DNA of 60,996 nt, filler included, from Hausera hauseri (Eukaryota): assembly GCA_046269625.1 (NCBI GenBank). It is 11 parts of 11 records of this genome, joined end to end, with 100 filler letters (N's around TTAATTAATTAA, not from the genome) between each part and the next. Parts side by side here need not be neighbours in the genome. Positions count along the whole stretch, not along the records: positions 49,820 to 54,008 come from JBJURY010711770.1; positions 54,109 to 60,996 come from JBJURY010055106.1; 9 more parts are not named here. One strand, given 5' to 3'. Positions within the stretch are counted from its first letter, which is position 1. The number at the start of each line of letters is the position of its first letter. Shown here one piece after another: positions 52,801 through 60,996 of this stretch. Position numbers and translations under genes: made by a program. The notes under the pieces are model-generated. The model ran no database searches and was not told the DNA's origin. It saw only the letters and a list, made by a program, of their open reading frames with translations.

Positions 52801-53300
52801 TTTTTGTTTTAAAATAGATTTGTGATTGTTATTCATAGTTGAAGGACTACCAACTTTATCGAAAGTTTTGTCAATAGTTGACGAGACGTTCAACATATTT
52901 ACAGAGGAGTGCAATGCATTGCTCACTAGATTGTCTGTGAGACATTTGATTGGATTTTCAATCGAGTTCTTGCACAGCAAAGCCGTATTTACAATCAATC
53001 AACAGATCGCGTGCGGCCAGGAAATCCGAACCAATTATTGGTGAATTTATGTTAGCGATGAAGAACTTCCAAACAAACTTGTCCAGTAAGTGATGGAAGG
53101 TAAAAGTTAGCCCTGTGGTGCCAACAATGCGCAAAGGCTGCTCACTGGCTGTGAAGAGTTGAGGCGAAGAAAAATTGTTGGACATTGGAGCGAAATATAG
53201 CGGTAAAAGGGAAAAGGCGGTTCCAAAGTCAATGAGAAAGTCTATATTTGATGAATTGCCAGAGAAGATTGCAGCTTTCAACAGAAAGACTGCAGAGGTG
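49820..53300 (-). mobile_element. Gypsy pol (PR-RT-RH-IN), third copy of the contig F/G family
   Basis: LIDFGTAFS, PYIDDI, TTDAS, TDHEPL, MDRASSWPEA, ITDQGPQFE; gag absent. Confidence 0.93.
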
Positions 53301-54579
53301 ATCTTAAGACGGTCAGAAGAATGCAATGTATTGCCTACACCAGAATGTACCGTGGAGTCTGGAGGCGTTATTAGTTTTCTGAAGGATATGTAGAAAAAGA
53401 AGAAAGGGAGAAAAAGGAGGTGAATAAAAGGAGGAATCGGAGAAGGTGTGGAAAAAGAGGAGAGTATGAAGAAGAGGAGAAAAGAAAGAGCGGAGGAAAA
53501 GGAGTAATACGAGAACAAAACGAAAAAGAAGCATATTTCTTAAAGTTTCAGGTCAAAATAAGGTTTTCTGCTTTAATTTTCGTTAACAATGCTCCAAAAT
53601 GTATTTGTGTCACGTCACATCTTCTTCCCGCATCTGCAGAGTCACACAAATCTACTCCGTTTAATACTTGTTAATCCTATCCATGTCTTCCTCGTCACAC
53701 ATTCCTATCATCACCTTCTTTATTCTATAACTATTCATCACGTCTCAATCCCCGTTTTTGTTACAGGTTCTCATTTCTTATCGTTTTTGGTCAGAATATT
53801 CGTTTGAGCTTTCTCAGAAAAAAAAAAAAAATATTTTGAAAGAAGTTAATTTCGTGTGATTTACTTTGTTACCTTACAACGATATTTTCCAAATAATAGC
53901 GCACTCAGAATGTTGCTCTCAAACATCCAAATCATAAAGCTCACACATAAAAACAAAAAAAAATCAAGCATAAGAAGTAATTAAAACTTTAAAATGTTCA
54001 TGTAGAAANNNNNNNNNNNNNNNNNNNNNNNNNNNNNNNNNNNNNNNNNNNNTTAATTAATTAANNNNNNNNNNNNNNNNNNNNNNNNNNNNNNNNNNNN
54101 NNNNNNNNATTTCGTATTTGTATATATTGCTGTTTTCTTGTTTTCTAACGACGGTTTATATACCGTCTTGGTGAGCAATTTTGAAATTATACTAGGATAA
54201 AATTGCGATAATTATGAAAATTCGTGCCCGAGTTTTGTTTAGCTTTTGGTTGCAATTGTAATTATGATAATTACACTGTCTGGAATTTCGTCGATGGCGG
54301 ACGGGATTTAGGAATTCGTATCTTCGCATAATTGGATTTAATTGTGGATATCGTAATTATTCTTTCTACAAGGCTCGAAATAATTGCTTTCAAAATAATT
54401 GAGGTTTTTCGGGAATTCAATTGGACATGATAAATTGTACTTTTGGTTTAATATTAATGCTATCGATCTGCAACTTGTTTAATTTAAATTTTGATTTAGT
54501 TTTTTTTTGGTGGCATGGGCATTTGTGCATTTCGTGTCGTATTTTGAGCATTAATTACTCAGCTAATAATTTGGGTTAA

Positions 54580-56170
54580 TTGATTACTGCCGATCTAAAT
54601 AACAATATTCTACAATTTACAGGGTTGGTAGAGATACCCACAAAGTGGTTTAACATGATCAAAAACAATAAGACATTTATTTATATGCAAGGGTTTATTA
54701 TGCACGAATATTCGCATAGTCATAGTCAATTGTTTGAATTTCAGAGATTTCGAATCACAAAATGTTTGTTTTGGCTCACAAAATAAATGTATATTCGTTT
54801 TTGTTTCTATTCGGAAATTCTGGATTCGGATTAAACTGTAATTTTTGGATTTAGTATTTTTATGGAAACTGTTATTACGGAACCATAATATTTCTCCCCC
54901 TTTGAAATAGGATTTGGTCGTCCGAATCAGCCTGGTGTTGTATCTGTGTAACTGAGAAATCTGGGTTTGATTGATAGTATAGCTTCATTAATCGAGTTGA
55001 TCGTCGTAGGTATAGGAGAAGTGATAATATACTGATCGTTGGCCGCAGTATGACCAGGATATATCATTGAAAGTATACGTTGGTTACGACTGATTGGTTG
55101 GGTTTTTAAATGAAGTACGATCGTAATTTGTTGAAGCATGTTGCACAGACGGCACGGTTACATTGCATTTGGTCAACCGTGATGTCGTATGAGAGGCAAT
55201 AGCGCACTCATGGGTAGGTAGGTTGGTATAAAGAATGAATCGAGGCTAGAAAATCATGACGGGGTTAGGTCGGCGATAAGCTAGGTTGAACATCGATTTA
55301 TAACTGGGAACCACTTTTGCTGTATTGAGAGGATATTGGAGGACTATATGATATTAATCGGATTGGTGATAATGGTAGCCCTATCAATGGGTTATCGATT
55401 TAATTAACTTGATAGCGGGGTGAGTATGAAGATGGTTTATGTAGTAGTAATGTAACATTTATGTGAGGCTGCGGAGTTCTAATTGTGATATGGTGTGGTC
55501 TCGTGATTGTTGTTTGGTGAAAACGATATATTGGGAATTCGATTTGAGGAAACGGTTGCTGTCTTGGTATGAAGTATCTTCTGGTGTGGGATCAGTGTAT
55601 TGGTAATGGAGAGGAGTGCTCCTTGAGATGATGGAAGTAGAGATATATGAACTTGGAATAGTAGTTACACAGGCTGCATATTAGGTTTTGATGTTAAGAT
55701 TCTCTTTGATAACAATGGGAACAATATTTGGCATTGCAATATCTAAAGTTTTAGACTGACCAATTGAGTTTGAAGCATAGACAACACGTATGGAATTGCG
55801 AAAGTGGAATTGAAAAAGAGGTTCTAGGATTCCACGTATAATAAAATGTAGCATAGTCACCTGGTTAAAAGTTTCAAAGATTGCATCATCATGTAGGAAT
55901 TGATGAGCGTCTGGCCGAGATGCAGCCTGGATTATACAATATTCGATTTAATAATCTCATGAAGGGCAATATATTATCAGGTCTGTCAAAGATCGAGCTC
56001 GATTTAGGCATTAAAGTCGTGTCATGTGGAGGGTAAGTCAGTGTACTTCATCGAGAATGAAGTCACAATTTATACAGTGAGGAAGATCTAAAAATAAAGA
56101 TGCTAACTTGAGATTTAATTCAATGATGTTAAGATCTATGTTATCATTAGTATCCTGCATGTAAGGATAT
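54580..56170 (-). mobile_element. Possible 3' region of an LTR element (PPT then LTR-like sequence) preceded by a decayed ORF
   Basis: AAAGGGGGAGAAA purine tract at ~54892-54903 on the minus strand followed by an AT-rich segment with AATAAA; RING-like remnant at 55040-55210. Confidence 0.35.
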
Positions 56171-56174
56171 CCAT

Positions 56175-59100
56175 GAGGGTGGTCCTTATGAAGGATGAAT
56201 TTTTTTGGAAATTTCTACCTCCCACCATTGCAAAATGTGCCTTTTAGTAACCATATAGTCTGTGCAAAATATTTCCCCAATCAGACGATGTTATGAGGTC
56301 GCCCATTGATGCCCAAGTCATCACAATTTTTAAATTATTCTGTCCGACAGCTTGTAATTTAAATATTAGTTTTCGTTTCAAATTACTATAACTTTTATTT
56401 CAAATACAAATATATGTGCAAGGATCAGTCATTACAATGTTTTTAAGTTTGCACTGGCAGTTTGGTATATTAAAGATTACATTTAGCATGATATGTCTCT
56501 GTTTAGCCTATTTGTCAGTGTCACTTTGTTACAGTTCCGTCAGTGTTGACTTGCGACAGTCCGGATAGCGACGCTGGTGATCATCCACAACTTGCAGAAG
56601 GAATTGGAATTGTTTCTCATTGTAGGTAGGGAGTGTGTTCAACTCCTGAGCAAGTGCTAAGCTTCGTTCAGCATTGTCATTTGTAACAGCAAGCTTGTTG
56701 ATGATCGCCCGGCCTTCGCTGTAGTCTTTTCTGTCTATCCATGTATCAGGGTTTACACATAGGAAATCAGAACAAATGTGCAACTTGTTAAGAAGATTGC
56801 ACTGCTTGAACTAATAAAATCTTCCAAGCTGTGCTGTAATACCTCAGTGGAACACATAGTGATTTGTTTTGAACCAGCTGATGTACGCTTAGTCTGATTA
56901 AACAGCAGTGCACTCGCCATTTTTCGTTTGGTCTCGGATGGCACATCCGGAAAAAAGAAAGCAAGACCCACTAAATCTTCTGACAGATACCACAGGTGGT
57001 GCTCAAACTTCTTGCAAGTTGCCTTTGAAATTGCTTCATTATACTGTCTTAACTGTGCAGGGTATGAAAGAAGCCAAGGTCAATGTATTGAGCACTAGCG
57101 TCTAGAGATGCAGTGAACTAAGCCTTCAGATAAACTACAACAGCAAAGATGCACATCCTGCATAGGCCCTTTTCTTCAGATGCTGTCATTTTGAAATGTG
57201 TCTGATACATTCAGACTTTCAGTGAGTAGATTACCTTTCATAATCATCTTGTTTGTGCATTGTGTCTGGTGCCATGAAGCGAATTACACGAGGTGGTGAA
57301 ACTCCCAGAAAAATAATTGAGAGTTCAGGGAATTCACCGTAGTCATCTCATACCGACTCATGCATCAACTGATGTTGAGAAAAGACCATTATTTCCTGCT
57401 TCACTGTGTTACAAATTCCACTCAAATTTGCACCAGTATGATACTGGGTTTGATCAACTAAGGACCACTGTTTTTGAAATTTTTTGAACAGCAGACGAGG
57501 GTCCTAGGCTTGCTGTGAATGCGGTACCTGCCACCAGCTCCATTACGTGGTGCCGACATGCCAAATGCAGGCGATCTCTCCCCATAATTGTCTTAAATTT
57601 AATGCATGCACCCGTTCTGATGCCCGTGTTCGCACTGGTTGTGTCAAAACACATTCCAACTACCCGTTCTTTGACGTTCCACTCATCGAGTGCTGAACTA
57701 GTACTGAAGCCTGACTTTACCCTGTTCCACTAGCATTCTGGCTTACCTTTAGCAGCTGACTGACAACAAAGCCAGTAAGTATAATTGGAAGGAGGTCAAC
57801 ATTCTCTTTCCCACATAGATCTGTCATCCGCTTTCTATCGCAATGCACAACCAATGGTATTTCACATGCTGTACCTTGTTTTAAAGCAGCTGCCATTTCC
57901 ATTCCATATCTTTCTCACTAACGCTTGATGGTACTACAGTTGATGCTGAAATCATTTGTCATATCCAAGGCTCTTTGTCGTTTCACAGATTACAAGGGCG
58001 CCTTCCTGTCACTTAACTTTGTGCTATTTAATGCAGCTGCTAGCCTCAGTGTTATGACTCATCCTTTAATTCATAGGAGTACAATTAGAAGACCCATACC
58101 ATTACTCAGGTTCATTGCTACGAATGATTATGATTTCTTCCACAAATGGGGAACTCCCTGAACTGGTAAATGCTTTTACCTTTGTCTGCAATAGCTGGCT
58201 GTGTGTCTTTACCCTCTCTATCCTTGTCCTTTCCAGCTCTTTCCGCTGTTCTGCGTTCCTCATTTGCTGCCATTGCTGAGTCAATGGCTCTCATATATCC
58301 TGGTCGACCAGGCTCACGTTGTGCTGCTAGAAATTCAAGGTCTTCTGGAATTTTAATCAGTTCTGTTGCATTAGCGTGAGCAATATCAAAGAGGTAATTC
58401 ATCTTATTACAAAATTTGGCTTCATTAGATTTATGCCTCTCTGACTTGCGTGTCTTGTGTTTCTTCAAACTTGACCATTCATTGTACAGCTGTTCCAACT
58501 TGATGATTGCATTGTCTTTGCGACAAGTAAAAATGCGGGCCATGTTCCAAACCACAATAACCTCATTTATCACACGTGCTGACGACTGGCATATTGGCAA
58601 ACCACTGGTGATGTGATGATATCAAAAAAGACCAAGTGCTTCACCATTTAATGACAGGCGAATGGTAGAATGAACTGTGTTTGACTCACCCGGAAGATAC
58701 CAGGCTGATTTGCTTCGTGTTGGTGCTGCCGCCATTGTTTGACTACAAATTACATATAAAAACACTAAATTCTATTATGAATTTATCTAATTTTTATTGT
58801 ATTATTTAAAGTTTCAATTTATATTGAATATTTCATGGCATGGGGCATTAAGCATGCAACTACCATGTGCTGAGTGAGTAAGTATTAGCAAACATACTTA
58901 ATGTGAAAATTTGGAGAATTCAAATGGAAACTCTAATATTACTTCAAAGTTCAAAAGAGTTACTTATTGTCATGTGTTTCTGGCACAACATAAGCAAAAA
59001 TACATTAAAGAATATTTAATCACTTAAGATATTGCATAATGATATTGGCTAAACACCTGGTATTACCAAAATTGCACAACAATATACCTGAAGTAATCAG

Positions 59101-59577
59101 ACTTGTTTTAAAAGCATATTTGAAAGCCTTCTCAGATAACCCAAAAATCACCAAATAAACCTTTGCTGGGCCCATATTATAAATTTAAATTCAAAAAGTC
59201 TAAACGATATATCTGTCTCATCAATCAGAATTAAATTTGTCTTATTTAGTAACTCTGCTAGAGAATTGGGCAAATACACCTCGGGATTTAGACACGCCTC
59301 CGATTAATTTGTTTAAATACTCATCGTTTCAAATTACCAATTGAGGATGCTGGAGAATATGGTTCTTCCAGTACCAAAATGTGAACTTGTGAAATTAAGC
59401 TTTTTTATATCGGCGTATATCCAGGATTGATTTCTCAAAAGGTTTTGATGTCTTCGGCGACCTCTAAATATTTCCCAATTTCAATAAAATTTTTACCAAA
59501 CCATTGTCTTCTATAATCGAACATTTTATGAGGTGGGAGGTATATATTTCAACTTTTCATTTTTAAGCACCACCCTA
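56175..59577 (-). mobile_element. hATm DNA transposon with both termini; transposase pseudogene 56529-58735
   Basis: Ends (G/T)AGGGTGGT.CTTA..GAAAT.T.TACCTCCCACC..AAAATGT form imperfect TIRs; LFDIAHA, CFDTTSANTG, LACRHH, VTNDNAER. Confidence 0.85.
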
Positions 59578-59650
59578 ATAAAAATATTAAATAAAGAAGC
59601 AGATATAAACAACGCCTAATCTTATAATAGTTTTAAAAACTTTCATCACA

Positions 59651-60030
59651 ATGACGAGCAATTTCGATGAATTAGCGCTGGGAAAACCAGATGAAAACGT
59701 TGAATCGGGAATGATAACTCTACTCAGAAAATTGATAAAATATGGTTCAATTGTTATTCAAGCTCATAATTTAAGAAATCACAAGTCGATTGTAAATAAG
59801 CTTGGCGTAGAAGCAGGGGAAGTCATAGAAGGAGAAGCTGAACAAGTCCCTTCTTCGAAACGCAAGAAAGTGGATGAAGAAAAAATAGGCTATGAAAAAT
59901 CAGACGATGAAAAATCGCAGGCAGGTATAATAATGTGTAATCATTTTAATATTTAAAAATATTGTAGGAAAACGACCATTCCACGGTTATACAATGAGTC
60001 TTTTACCCGTTCCTCAAATTATCTAGTTAC
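59651..60030 (+). CDS. Unknown small gene or gene fragment with a 43-nt intron
   Basis: ATG ORF with charged C-term and KRKK NLS-like motif; GT-AG intron 59925-59967 continues the frame (AG/KRPFHGY). Confidence 0.3.
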
Positions 60031-60304
60031 CAGATGCTGTGTTAGTTAAAAGGCGCAAAGACGGACACCATGTTACTGAAATGAACAATAACAAAAAATG
60101 AAATGAACAGTAACAGAGCAACAATGAATATATAACTGAAAACAAAAGGCAAAAGCTATTTACGTTCTGAAGGAGTAAAACTATATGATGTTATCGGCAG
60201 ATATTTAATATCTAAACCAATTGGCTATATAAGTGTGAAAATAAAAATTTGCTTTCAAGGAAGCAAGCAAAAAGATGGAATTATTGATCCAACTCTTGGG
60301 AACT

Positions 60305-60996
60305 CTTTTCCATAACGTTTCTTATTACTTTCTTTAGGTAATCCTTACCCATTAAATTTTCCCATTATGGTGATCCTTCACCGTCCCACATTACTCTCCT
60401 GGTTAGTTCTATTGTGACCCGTTGCCTTTGCTGTGGGAACAGCAACATTTGTCGGTAATCTTCTCAATTTTGTTGTGTATAGATTCCTCCTTGTGATATC
60501 CCTGTTAACGATTCGAATCTCTGATTCCTCTGTAAACTAATTAAGCTTAATGTTTCTTGTTTAGACACGGGTTCTCTTATTGGAATTCTAATCTATTTTT
60601 CATTATCAATCTTAAACATTGGCGACATACTAAAAGTACAGTTGTATAGCGAGGTAGGCTTCGTATTAACGTCTAACAGGATTCTTGTCACTGGCATCAT
60701 ATACCTTGGTTCTGTATGACAGACTACGGGTAATTCTGTTGTACATTCTTCTGTTGGCCTGATTCATACTTTCACCTTTCTGCATTCTATGGTTATCAAC
60801 ACTTCGCCCATCACCCTTCCAATAATTCTGTCGCCAAGGGCATGGCTGGCGCTACCATGTCGGGATTTGTTATCACCAGGACCATTTTATTTCGTATTAT
60901 TTTATAATTTAGTTTACATTCGTTTATTATTGTTTCTCGGTATAAATCTCTAATCTCTTTCCTTACATAACTGATTAAAAAATCGATCTTATTACC
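60305..60996 (-). pseudogene. env: Third env fragment, close relative of 48980-49670
   Basis: Colinear nucleotide homology with mostly third-position differences (GEVLITIEC, PVTRILL, PMFKID). Confidence 0.9.

Noticed and set aside
1-60996. Alternative genetic code explaining the many in-frame stops
   Set aside because: Stops are TAA, TAG and TGA at positions of different residues (Tyr, Trp, Cys, Ser) and co-occur with frameshifts, as expected for decay.

Overview
AT-rich eukaryotic (probably invertebrate) repeat-rich DNA. The window is not contiguous: 11 short contigs are joined by 100-bp artificial spacers (N44-TTAATTAATTAA-N44), so synteny only holds within a contig. Almost all content is decayed mobile or viral DNA: two Mutator/Kolobok-type DDE transposase copies, hATm and Buster-type hAT transposons, LINE fragments, three copies of one conventional Gypsy family, and Polinton/adintovirus-type pPolB and penton genes. 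There are also a C2H2 zinc-finger pseudogene and a very divergent alpha-tubulin pseudogene. Two systems stand out. (1) At 22.1-24.8 kb is a gene the ORF track misses: a geminivirus/CRESS-like HUH-endonuclease + SF3-helicase Rep split by about 8 short introns, mostly 34-47 nt, one of them inside Walker A. It faces a second spliced, capsid-candidate gene, suggesting an intron-rich endogenous CRESS-DNA-like element. (2) A Gypsy lineage (three partial copies) carries a chuvirus-like glycoprotein UPSTREAM of protease-RT, with its membrane-anchor region in frame with PR-RT. In one copy it is preceded by a long ORF region with a ubiquitin-like domain and an AT-hook, and followed by PTAP/PSAP motifs. 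All family assignments rest on motif recognition by eye; no searches were run.
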